Of a DNA stretch of 56,663 nucleotides, positions 36,556 through 48,245 are shown in pieces. Numbering within the stretch: position 1 is the first letter of the stretch; each line of letters opens with the position of its first letter. The DNA is taken from assembly GCF_004010195.1 (NCBI RefSeq), contig NC_057749.1:18882929-18939591 (forward strand). Reading direction: 5' to 3'. The translations under genes were made by a program, and so were the position numbers. The DNA comes from Chiloscyllium plagiosum. Lineage: Eukaryota. The notes under the pieces are model-generated. The model saw only the letters and a list, made by a program, of their open reading frames with translations. It was not told the DNA's origin and searched no databases.

Positions 36556-38082
36556 TTTAAAAAAAAATCCTGAAGTGTTTTACAACCAATGAAGCACTTG
36601 TGTAGTATATAAATCATAGCAACTGATTTGCACACAGCATTTCCCACACACAGTAATGAGTTGAAATTGTTGCACGTGCTACTCTGGTTGCTGACTGGGA
36701 GTGCCAAACTGACCTGGAATGGTTTGTATATACACATATATTTAGCTGAAGCAATAGGCAATTCAGTTCCTAGACCTTGCTCTGCCTTTTGATAAAATTG
36801 TGGCTGATCTGATTGTGGACTCAGTGTCACCTGCCTATTTTTTCCTCTATCTCTTGATTCCCTTGCCAATCAGCAATCTTTGATCATGACAGATAGCCTG
36901 GTTCCCTTGGGATCTGCAACTGAATTTCTTTTGATATTGAGTGAGGCAGTTCTAACATACACAATAGGTTTCCATGATCCATTCTTCTGACTAGCACTAT
37001 TTAGTTAATTTGACAAGTCCCACTTCATGTATAAACTTTTTTTTAATAACAGTAAATGTAACCTATCAAAATAATTTCATTTCAGAAGTGTTTACTCATT
37101 TAGTTTGATATTTCTCATAAGTGTGAGATGTCAAATATGACCAATTTGCGAAAAAGAATGTGGGTGAGTGGAAGATGGTATCAAACCTTGTGGGGAAGGT
37201 GGGGGCTCATTGGAAGGTGGGTAGTGGACTAAAGTTCTCAAGATGATTGCTATTTAGCTTTTGCTTGGAATGTGCTCTTATTCTCCTTCCCTGTATATGC
37301 AAACTGTTATTTACCTTTCTCAGAAGGCTTTCTAAAGTTTATCAATTTAAATAATCTTTTTGCTTCTGTAACTTTCTGAAATATTCAACAGATATTTCAA
37401 TTTGCAAGTGTCTTCACTACTCAAACAGTCCACGGAAAATGGTAACTTCAGGTATATATGCTGGTCATTTTCGTGTCCAAGAAATTCAACTCAACTAATT
37501 GACTTCCATGTAGCGGTTGCTAGTTTAAAAATTATATAATTGATTGATCAGGTCTTTGTGATACCCAGATCAATGCAAGTTTGCTTTTTAAATTGTGGAT
37601 TCGAGTTGTAAATTTACATCACTCTCTGAACTTAAGTTTTCAATAGATGTGGTCTTACATTACACAAAGAAATTGCCAGAATGTATGAGTGAATAGAGTC
37701 ACTTGTGTGCCAGAAGCAGCATGATCCAGTATGTGAGCTTAGCACGCCACACTAGAATGTCATCCCAGAAGTCTAATTGGGACTGTTATTTTTTCATTCA
37801 TTCTTGAGACATGGGCATTGTTATTACCTATTTACCCTTGGAAAGGTAGCCATAATGCAATTTCTTGAACGGCTGCACTTCATCTATTCAGGCCCTGTTC
37901 AGAAGGAGTTCTCTGGTTTTGGCCCAGTGTCTGTGAAGTAACTGTACTTGGCCAGGATGGTGAGTGACTAGGAGATGAACTTTCAGTTGGTGCTGTTCCA
38001 TGAATTGATGCCCTTATTCTTATACATGGAGAAACTGCAAGTTTGATCTATACTATTGAAGGAAAATTCCTAGTTCAATTTG

Positions 38083-38958
38083 ATGAGCCTGATGTCGGTG
38101 GTGGGCAAGTTGTTGGAGGGAATCCTGAAGGACAGGATGAACATGTGTTTAGAAAGGCAGGGAGTAATTAGGGATCGTCAACATGGCTTTGTGTGTGGGA
38201 AATCATGTCTCTCAAACTTGAATGAGTTTTTTGAAGAAGTAATAAAGAGGATCGATGAGGGCAGAGTGGTTGTTGTGATATATATGGACTTCAGTAAGGC
38301 GTTCGTCAAGGTTCCTCATGGGAGTCTGGTTAGCAAGATTAGATCTCATGGAATACAGGGAAAACTAGCCATTGGATACAGAACTGGCTCAAAGATTGAA
38401 CAAAAGAGGGTGGTAGTGGAGGGTTGTTTTTCAGATTGGAGGCCTGTGACCAGTGGGCTACAAGGATCGGTGCTGAGTCCACTACTTCTCGTGATTTATA
38501 TAAATTATTTGGAAGTGAGCATAAGAGGTATAGTTAGTAAGTTTGCAGATGACACCAAAATTGGAGGTGTAGCGGACAGTAAAGAAGGTTACCTCAGACT
38601 ACAACGGGACCTTGATCAGAGGGGCCAGTGGGCTGAGAAGTGGCAGAGTTTAATTTAGATAAATGTGAAGTGCTGCACTTTGGGAAAGCAAATCTTAGCA
38701 GGACTTATACACTTAATGGTAAGGTCCTAGGGAGTGTTGCAGAACAAAGAGACCTTGGAGTGCAGGTTCATAGCTCCTTGAAAGTGGAGTTGCAGGTAGA
38801 TAGGACAGTGAAGAAGGTGTTTGGTATGCTTTCCTTTATTGGTCAGAGTATTGAGTACAGGAGTTGGGAGGTGGGATATGGGCAGGGTGCTGGCAGGTGG
38901 AACTAGATTGGGTTGGACCGAAGGCTCTGTTTCCATTTTGTACATCTATGACTCTATG
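38083..38958 (+). mobile_element. CR1/HER1 LINE RT fragment with internal deletion
   Basis: QHGFVCGKSCLSNL..YMDFSKAF..SKFADDTK; jumps from YRSWEV directly to the 3' tail at about 38872. Confidence 0.95.
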
Positions 38959-39024
38959 ACTGTACTCCACTTAGTCTATTTGTTTCAAAACTTTGAAATG
39001 CCCAAAGAATTCTTTTTGTTTTGG

Positions 39025-40265
39025 TCATGGTTCATCTAGACATTGGTGCCTTTGTGCATGAGTCACTGAAAGTAAGCACGCACATGCTACAGGTAGTAAA
39101 GAAGGCTTTCATAGTAAGAGGATTCTAGCATAGGAACAAAGATGACTTGCTGCAATTATACACGGCACTTGAGGCCACACCTGGAATATTGTATGCAGTT
39201 TTGGTCTCCATATCTCTGAAATGATGCTCTCTCTATAGAGCGAGTGCAGTGAAGGCTAACCAAATTGATTTCTGGGGTGGTAGGACTGAAGTATGGGGAG
39301 AGACTGAGCCAATTATGATTGTATTCACTGAAGGTTTAGAATAAAGAGGAGAGATCTCATGCAAGTCCATAAAATTCTAATAGGACCAGACAAGTTAGAT
39401 GCAGAAGGGGTATTCCCAATGATGGAGGAGTCCAGAACCAAGAGTTATAATTTCAGGATAAGGGTAAATGTTTTAGGACTGAGATGAGGAGAAATTTCTT
39501 CCCAGAGAATTGGGGGGGGGAGGGGGCTGCGGTCCATGGAAATCATGACCACAGGAAATCATAGTCATAGAGATGTACAGCATGGAAACAGACCCTTCGG
39601 TCCAACCTGTCCATGCCGATCAGATATCCCAACCCAATCTAGTCCCACCTGCCAGCACCCGGCCCATATCCCTCCAAACCCTTCCTATTCATATACCCAT
39701 CCAAATGTCTCTTAAATGTTGCAATTGTACCAGCCTCCACCACTTCCTCTGGCAGCTCCGTCCATACATGTACCACTCTCTGCGTGAAAAAGTTGCCCCT
39801 GAGGTCTCTTTAATATCTTTCCCCTCTCACCCTCAACCTATGCCCTCTAGTTCTGGACTCCCCATCCCCTATTTACCCTATCCATGCCCCTCATAATTTT
39901 GTAAACCTCTATAAGGTCACCCCTCAGCCTCCAACACTCCAGGGAAAACAGCCCCAGCCTGTTCAGCCTCTCCCTATAGCTCAAATCCTCCAACCCTGTA
40001 AATCTTTTCTGAACCCTTTCAAGTTTCACAACATCTTTCCAATAGGAAGGAGACCAGAACTGCATGCAATATTCCAACAGTGGCCTAACCAAAACACTGT
40101 TGTGTTTTCAAGAAGAAACCACATATAACTCTTGTGGCTAAAGGGATCAAGTGATATGGGGGAAGGGTAGGATCAGGGTATTGAGCTTGATGATCAATCA
40201 TAATCATATTGAATAATGAAGCAGGCTCAAGGGGTTGAATGGTCCACTCTTCCAATCTTCTATGT
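39025..40265 (+). mobile_element. Older CR1 3' fragment interrupted by a younger antisense CR1
   Basis: gaggccacacctggaatattgt (RPHLEYC); resumes at about 40090. Confidence 0.75.
39558..40089 (-). mobile_element. Young CR1/HER1 3' fragment
   Basis: Minus [34 protein letters not shown]...; intact ctctatgactatgat tail. Confidence 0.95.
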
Positions 40266-42855
40266 TTCAATATTGAAGTTTGAGTGTTTTGCACTTCCCT
40301 ATCTGTAACACAACACGTGACCAAAAAAAGGCAACTGACTACGTTTATTGCTTTGTTGCTCGACAGCTGGAGAAAGTTCAGTATTTGCTCTACTTCATCC
40401 CTCCCTTATTCTCCTTTTGCTGCAACCAGTTCTTTCCAATGAGTGTCCCAACAGTGAGAAATAGACTTCAGTCAATTGAATGCATCCTTGTGATATTTTA
40501 GCAGCTTTACAGCTAAATATTTCTGTAATCTTGCAAAAGATAACCAGAGCAAGCATAGCTTCCTTAAACTTAGACTGAAGCTTCTAACAAATATTCTGAA
40601 GGTCATATCAATATCTTAGTCAGCTCATAGTAGTCTGTCTACACTTGATGCCAGGCGCAATTCACAACCTTGGAAGCCTGTATGTATGCTGTTTGCGATT
40701 TTGAAGTGCTGAGTTGTGGTTCTTTTTTATGAATGACTTTGTGTCTGCATTGTGAAATGAGTAATATCTATAAAACACAGCAGCAACTGTTTTAATAATG
40801 CAGATGCACAGTAGCTCCTGTGTTATAAGTTGAGGTTGTGGTGGAGTGCAATCACTGATGCTGTATTGCTTTGCATGTGCAGGATTGATCACTATCTGTG
40901 GCTACGTATCGGTGTACAATGTGGGCTTTTTCTATATGACTAATAATTCTTAGAAATCATCAGCAAAGACAACCAGTGAGTGAAACTCTTACATGCTTTA
41001 ACCAAGGTGGCTTAGTGCTGAATCATTTCAGTACTGCAAATGCAGTGTTTCTATACAGATATGACTGAGGCCTCTTGCAATTACAAACAGATGAACTGTA
41101 ACATATTTTTGTCAAAGTTGAAACTTTGTAGTGTGGACCAGGTCTTTCTTGTAAGACACATTCCTCCATGTGTCTTATTTGTCCTGTCAATAAGATGTTT
41201 GTCAAATAGCTGATTTTGTGTCTCGTGGTTCATGCAAAGTTCAGGAACAGTGATTTAACGGATTTACAATCAAAGATTAAATAGAAGTGTTTTAAATCCA
41301 TTTCCACAGTCCCCAGTGCATATAGACTTGTCTATTTATCTCCGCTAACAGCCAGCACTTGTGCTTGTATGTTATGTCAGTAAACTGTGGGCTGTCTTTC
41401 CCCTTCCACTCCTCTTGCCTTCTTCCTGACCACTCATGCAGATGAAGGTCAGCAGCCTTAACCTAGATCCCCATTGACTCCACTAGTGACTGGCTCTCAG
41501 GAAGGCATATAGCATTCATGACGTATCCCACGCTGACATTCATAGCAGATGCAACCTACTTTAGTGTCTTCTTTCCAGAACAAATTAGGCATATTTCTGA
41601 AGCAAATGGATTAAGTGATGTAGAATGGTAAAATCCCTTCCTGCAGATGGACGCTATCTGGTCCCCATCACCTGTTGAAGGTCCTATTAGTCCTAATCCC
41701 TGATCTTTGCTCAAACCTCTGCAAGTTAATCGATTTTAGAGTAGGTATCCAAATTCTATTTGAATTGACTTTAACCACCCTTTCAGGCAGTCCGTTCTAA
41801 ATCATTTATAACTCACAGTGGAAAATTGTTCTCCTTGTATTCTTTGATTGTTGATGAAATATTTTAAATATATATCCCCTGGTCAGAAGATGAGCAGCTA
41901 TGCTCAGCTCAGACAATAGTGTTTTTTGGGCCTTTTAAACTTTTCAGTTCCAAAATAAATACCTTTCTTTTGTTCTGGTTATAAATGGACTTTGTGGCTA
42001 ATTTGCCTAGTCATGCCATCCATGGGACGAATCTGCTTTACGGCAGCGCATTGAGATTGTCCTAAGGTAAAAGGCAGAGTGATAGTTGAGGCTTCTTAAC
42101 TGGTGGTTCTAAGTTTTTGAGTTGTAGGTCAGGATGAGGTGTGTGATCAAAAACTAGGAAGGGTTTAATCTTATTTGATATCTCTCATGATTAGTTATGA
42201 CAAAATAGGTGCTATTGTGTGTTGTAAGAGGATTGGATGAGATGTCAAAATTGGCAGATTTTTATATTTAACTGCAATGAATGGATTTTCCTCTAAAGAT
42301 GTCCTGTGCTGAGGACAGGGAAACCAAGCTAATGTTCCACATCTGATCTTTGCGCAGATGTGAAACATTAGTCTGTCTTCCTCTTTATACACTTTGCTTG
42401 ACTTGCTGAGTCACTATTCTCACTATTTTCTATTTGTTTTAGTTCCTGTCATTCAGAGGTGTGTGCCGTTTCTGAGCATCTATAACCAGATCCTGGAAAA
42501 TGGGTAAAGACTTGAATATGCATGGATTCAGATTCTTCCTAGATGTCCAACTTCCGGTCTAACAAAAAATGGGAGCTAGAGAAAGTCTAGCCAGTGTTTA
42601 GGAGTATTCAGGTGTAGGGCATGAGATTCTCCCAAAATCAAAACACAAGCATTTTGTAGATTGCACTTTGTGACATTTGATGGTAACTCAGCGGTTTCTG
42701 CGTTAGAATTTGTGTATTACTAGGTAATGAGCCAGTGCTGTTAAACTGGACTCATCAATTGCTTGCAGATTGAGTGAAAGTAACCTTTGGGTTCTTATAT
42801 TTTGCCCCTTTAGAAGAGATAAAAGCCATGCAACCAACAAATTACACCTGCAAAA

Positions 42856-42930
42856 TCTCTCTCTCTCACGCTCTCTCTCTCTCTCTGTCTCTCTCTCGCA
42901 TGCTCGATCTTTTGTGCTCTCTCTCTGCCC
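42856..42930. repeat. Imperfect (CT)n microsatellite
   Basis: tctctctctctcacgctctctctctctctctgtctctctctc... Confidence 0.9.
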
Positions 42931-44331
42931 TTCTCCATCAGGAAGGGGTTATGCTGCCAGCCCAAAATGCATGCGATGGCCAAGTAAAGTAACAAAAGAT
43001 GTGCCTAGAGAATGTATAAATGAAAATAGCAGAAGCTGGTGTCAATTCAATGTACAGCTTGACCTGTACGTTTTTATAAGCTGTTACTGTGGCACTTGCC
43101 AGGGAGGGGATCTTGTTTTTTGTCCTGCTCAGTTTTCGAGCCAAGGTCAAATGGGGCACTCCGATCCGCAGCAATCTTAGAGCATATTGGTTTTATCATA
43201 GAATCCCTGCAGTGTGGAAACAGATCATTTGGCTCAACAAGTCCACACTGACTTTTAAATTAGCTTGTTAAGAAATGTGTGGTGTGTTGGACATGACCCC
43301 AAGTCTTTAACTGACTATTTTAAGTTTGCAATAATCCTGAAGATTTACTTTGCATTCCAAGAATCTAGACAGGGCGATGATGAATAGAACTTGACCTTGG
43401 AAACCCAAGAGCTCAGAAAGTTGTATGCTTCCCAGCAATTCAAATACATTTTGATTTTAACGAAAATGTACTGACATGTCTTTGGTTTCCATTTTATTAT
43501 TTACGTTCTTTCCCTAAAAGATAGACAATCTGATCTTTTATTTCCGGTCAATAATCTCTCTGCCTTAATCCCAGCCTTCAAAACCTTGGAAAACTTTCTC
43601 TTTATTAAATTGTGTCTCTGCAACACCCAGAGAATGAATTCATAAATAATTTCCAAAGTGGGATCTTCTGCTTCAATTTGGTAAACTTACCATACTTCAA
43701 CAGGTTAGCTAGCCTGCACAATTGATGTTTTGTTATTAAAGTACTGTTTGTTAGTTCTTCACATACAGTATGTGAAGGAATAGAGAGGGTGACATTCTCT
43801 TTCTGATTTACATCTAAAGACATTTATCAACTGGATTCTGGGGGCAAGGAGCTTAGCTTAATAAACTTTCCGGAAGGTAGCTGCGTATTTATATCCTCAC
43901 AACAAGAAGCTGTGAAAGTCTTTGCATGAGAATTTGATCTATGATTCTTTAACACCCCCAACAAACTTGCTGGTGTAAGTTTACAGAGATACAATGAGTT
44001 GTGACATGCTACTTAGTTCAGCTTCACTTCCTAGGCTCGCTACTAAGAAGGGCAAGAGGAGCAAAACTCTGCGATTGCCATCCATCTCCAAGTCACTATT
44101 TGGCCAATAGTTTTCCTTCTTCATTGCTGGTCAAAATCCTGGAATCTGTGACTCAACTATGGGAGTTTTTCCAGCGAAACTGTCAATAACCAAAGTACAA
44201 AACTCAGCTACTTTGGATAACTAGAGATGAGCAATGAAAACAGCTTTCAGTGACTAAAAGTGTGGTACTGGAAAACCACAGCCGGTCAGGCAGCATCCAA
44301 GGAGCAGGAGAGTTGATGTTTCGAGCATAAA

Positions 44332-44412
44332 NNNNNNNNNNNNNNNNNNNNNNNNNNNNNNNNNNNNNNNNNNNNNNNNNNNNNNNNNNNNNNNNNNNNN
44401 NNNNNNNNNNNN
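44332..44412. other. Assembly gap (N run) between a PLE pLTR and a CR1 tail
   Basis: 81 Ns. Left flank 44255-44331 is a minus-strand PLE end; right flank 44413-44540 is a minus-strand CR1 tail. Confidence 0.99.
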
Positions 44413-44871
44413 GTCCAACTTGTCCATGCCGACCAGATATCCCAACCCAATCTAGTCCTAGCTGCCAGCACCCGGCCCATATCCCTCCAAACCCTTCCTA
44501 TTCATATACCCATCCAGGTGCCTTTTAAATGTTGCAATTAGTTGGAGTGGAGAGTGGAGCGGATAGGTGGGACGGAAGATGGACAGGTAGGACAATTCAA
44601 GAGGGTGGTGCTAAGTTGGAGGGTTGGACCTGGGTTGAGGTAGGGGGAGGGGAGATGAGGAAGCTGATGAAATTGACAACGTGGATTATCCCAGATGCAA
44701 CCCATCTGGCTGAAAATTTCCTAGTGAGGATTCACACTATTCTAAGCACGATAGTAAAACATTTCTCTGCAGCAGTTTCCTCCTTGTGTGTATTTAGAAA
44801 CTCATCTCTGATTCTAGTTGTTACTGAACTCTTGGGCTCTTGGGCAATGTTTCTGCGTTTCTTTCACTGAA

Positions 44872-44967
44872 GATTCCTGAAGAAGGGCTCATGCCCGAAA
44901 CTTTGATTCTCCTGCTCCTTGGATGCTGCTTGACCTGCTGCGATTTTCCAGCAACACATTTTCAGCT
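44872..44967 (+). mobile_element. Short solo PLE pLTR unit (family A)
   Basis: gattcctgaagaagggctcatgcccgaaac...acattttcagct. Confidence 0.85.
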
Positions 44968-45183
44968 AAGATGTGAACTTCAGTCAAGGAGCTGATGGTG
45001 TCTCTAATTTTGCTTTGAAAGGATTACAAATTCTGCTCTCACTTTCTATGTTAGACTTCAGATTGAGTGAAAAGTCGGGATTTGTTAGGAATTTGGGGCT
45101 CATTTTAGGTTTTGTGTGTGTGTCCCCATCTGCCTGCCCGTCAAGCCATATTTTACTTGTGATTGTTTTTGTTTGTCTTGCAG

Positions 45184-45327
45184 GCCACCCAGCAGTTTCT
45201 AGAAGAGATCAACAAGTGGACAACGCAACATGGTGTCTCTCCCCTGTCCTGGAACGCAGCAGTCAAATTTCTAATGGCCAGAAAATTTGACGTTTACCGT
45301 GCCATTGAACTATTCCACTCATACCGG
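45184..45327 (+). CDS. ptpn9: PTPN9/PTP-MEG2 coding exon (exon 2 equivalent), N-terminal CRAL-TRIO/Sec14 region
   Basis: Polypyrimidine tract plus cag acceptor at 45181-83 and gtaggc donor at 45328. 144 nt, phase 0/0. Translates ATQQFLEEINKWTTQHGVSPLSWNAAVKFLMARKFDVYRAIELFHSYR, near-identical to the recalled human PTPN9 segment ATKQFLEEINKWTVQYNVSPLSWNVAVKFLMARKFDVLRAIELFHSYR. Confidence 0.96.
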
Positions 45328-45352
45328 GTAGGCTGACTTCTTATTGTTAATG

Positions 45353-45490
45353 GATTCTGGATTAGTGGTGCTGGAAGAGCACAGCAGTTCAGGCAGCAGC
45401 TCCTCGGATGCTGCCTGAACTGCTGTGCTCTTCCAGCACCAATAATCCAGAATCTGGTTTCCAGCATCTGCAGTCATTGTTTTTACCTAG
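45353..45490 (+). mobile_element. Palindromic PLE derivative immediately downstream of ptpn9 exon 2
   Basis: 46-bp inverted arms (45353-98 / 45409-54, one mismatch), PLE tail, and perfect 15-bp TSD ttcttattgttaatg (45338-52 / 45491-505). Confidence 0.88.
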
Positions 45491-46922
45491 TTCTTATTGT
45501 TAATGATTCTTGCAAGATTATGTAGGTTGTCAGTCTTTTGATCTCTGAGTAACATAACCTGGTTCTGTGGAATCTGAATTGAAAAAAAACATTGTCCCAT
45601 TATGACATGTATCTGTGAATATGTGTATTTGAGAGAGAAATAGATTTGTTTTGTGCACACTGAGCAGTCTGCATGTGGGGAAAGGAGTGGATTATGATAT
45701 CATCACCCTTGTTTTCTCGATTACTTGCATAATGGGTAACACTATTTTGCATTAATTTTGAGTGTTCTGCAGTTTATTTGTGCTGAACATCGACGTTCTT
45801 TGTTTTTGCATCATATGTTCCACTGAAGGATTTATGGTTATGCAAATATGAAGCAGATAGATCGCATTCACCCAGTTCATTACTTTTGCAAATAAATGAT
45901 CAGCAAATATGTTCAAACAGGAAGAAGTTATACTGGCAACAAAAGTCCTTGAACCCTGACATCATGAAGGAATTAAATAATCTCAATTGGAGCCTTAATT
46001 TCGTACATGCATCTCGAAAGTGTACTTTCAAAAAGAAAAGTGAGAAAGTATTTCTTTTTTAAGTTTTCTTTATTCTGTTGTTGTTCTTTGCTTAAAGTGT
46101 TAATATTTAAGCAAATTAGGATGTTTCCCTGGGATTTTGTTTAAATGAGCTAAAGAGATGGGAGAGTGTTTAAATATCAGCAAGACTTACCTTCCCCTCC
46201 CTTCTGTTGGATTCTGTGCATGTTTTTAACCATCAAACTCATTGTACTGTAAACCTAAGGATATCGGGAATGGGGGAGAATAGGAGAATAGAGCTGAGGT
46301 AGAGAGTTGTCATGAGTGAATGATGGAACGGGCTTGATAAAATATATATTGTCTATTCTTATTTCTTTGGTTCTTATCTTGAACAACTGTTCAAAATACA
46401 AGGGATGGGAGGAATATAGTTTTGTTACTAACTTTTTACTGGTCCTTTGACACTAGTTGCTTTTTATATAGTGTCATATGGCATGGAAAGTTTGTGCTTC
46501 CTTCAGATTAATGCTGGCTCTTGAATATTCAGCTTCTCAAGTCCCCATAGCTATTAATTCCCATTTTCCCTACTTTGGTTCTATATTTCTTAATATTGTT
46601 AACTGACAAAAGTTCTCTTGGGCTCAGTTTTGTGATCCATGTTAAGGTTCTGTGAATTGTGATGACTTTTGGCGATGACTGTGACAGTGGAACTTGGCTA
46701 AAAAAAAGCTTCCGTTGGAGGCAGCTCAATGACCAATTCTTGTGTGAATTTAAGAAGTTGAACTCTACCTGAGGAACTACCTGAGTTTTGTAAAACCTTT
46801 ATAGTGTCATGGAGTACCATGTGTGTTAAGGGTACTGCCAGAAAATCTGTAGGATTGGTCATTGTTGGCTTGGTAAAGTGTAGTTTATGATTTCTGCTGA
46901 AGACAGTTTGCCTGTAAATTTG

Positions 46923-47052
46923 GATTCCTGAAGAAGGGCTTAAGCCCAAAACGTCGATTCTCCTGTTCCTTGGATGCTGCCTGACCTGCTGCGCTTTTCC
47001 AGCAACACATTTTCAGCTCTGATCTCTAGCATCTGCAGCCCTCACTTTCTCT
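46923..47052 (+). mobile_element. 130-bp solo PLE pLTR unit (family A)
   Basis: 11-bp TSD ctgtaaatttg (46912-22 / 47053-63); hammerhead core with GAAA mutated to AAAA. Confidence 0.88.
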
Positions 47053-48245
47053 CTGTAAATTTGTGTTTCATTTACATTGATTTTGGTTTGATTGTTAAAG
47101 TAAAAGATGTAACAAGTGAAATGCTGTTAGTTGTTTTCCTTTGCTTGCTTAGTTTGGTAACTTTAGATCTTTTAGGTTATTGGTCTATGTGGCGACCATG
47201 ACAATAGTCACACACCTTTCCTTGTCAAAGTTGTGAAATCTCTCCTATACCACATCCATTCCTTTTCCTTCCTTCAACAGACATCGGTGTTTTTAAGACC
47301 AAACTTGGTGATACCTAATGGCTGGCTGTTTTCTCAGTTAGCTTGTCTCCTAGTTTGCTTAAACAAAAGTATCCCCTTTTAACTTGGTTATTCTTTTGTG
47401 AGGGAGTCACCAAATGTGAGTGCGTTCAACATTTGAGGTTTCGAATAGATGAATAATTCTGTTTGAGACTGCAGCTTTTGAGTTGATAATTTTCTTATAT
47501 TTGTGTCTTTTCCATTTTATTTGTTTCTATCGCTGCTTAAGTAGAAGGCGGCAATGGAAAACCATAAGGCGAGGGAAAGGGTACATTTCTTAAAGATAAA
47601 CAATGCATGGCCACCGACAATTTGTTTATTACTGAACTTATTCAAGAAAAAGATATTGAGAAGAAACTGCTATTCACCCATGTTGCGTTTTACTGACCTA
47701 GTTAGAAAGACTGCTGTACTTATCTATGTGTGCATTTGTTTGTGTATGTCTCCTGTTTTCAGCTCCTTTTGGGATTCAAGCAGTAGATGAAGACAAACTG
47801 CCTAAAGTCCAATTGGAGGGTATCCAAAAATTCAGATCCCACACAGTAATTCATAAGCCATGTGCAAAGGACAAATTCTTTCCCACAGCTGTTGATTCCA
47901 CTTCTACCCTGCTTTCGCCCTGAATAAAAACATAGTTGTGGATAGACTGGATTAGGTTGCTGCATTCTGTGCTAGAAATTAAAGGCATTCTAAGTCATTG
48001 CTGCCAACTCAGAATTAGGAACACAACAAGTAACGCCAGACCAACCCTTGTCTTGTATTCTGATTAGAATTACATTTAATGTGTTGTGCACTGTCCTCCA
48101 TTCCATCTGTGGAAGCCTACCAACATTTCACTTGGCTTGTGTGCTGACGCAGTCATGTAACTGTACAGCCTGAAAGTAATTTTGACTCATTCCTTCTCCA
48201 ATGCCAAATGCAGCTTGAGGACTGTAATGTTTTGTTTCGCATATA

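Larger units (their letters stand above)
1..45183 (+). other. ptpn9: Probable ptpn9 intron 1 (5' end outside the window)
   Basis: No first exon or CpG-island-like promoter was recognised upstream of exon 2, and the region is dominated by TEs. A short exon 1 could have been missed by eye. Confidence 0.7.

Noticed and set aside
44973..45290. 105-aa ORF overlapping exon 2
   Set aside because: Wrong frame; the splice-bounded PTPN9 frame explains the region.
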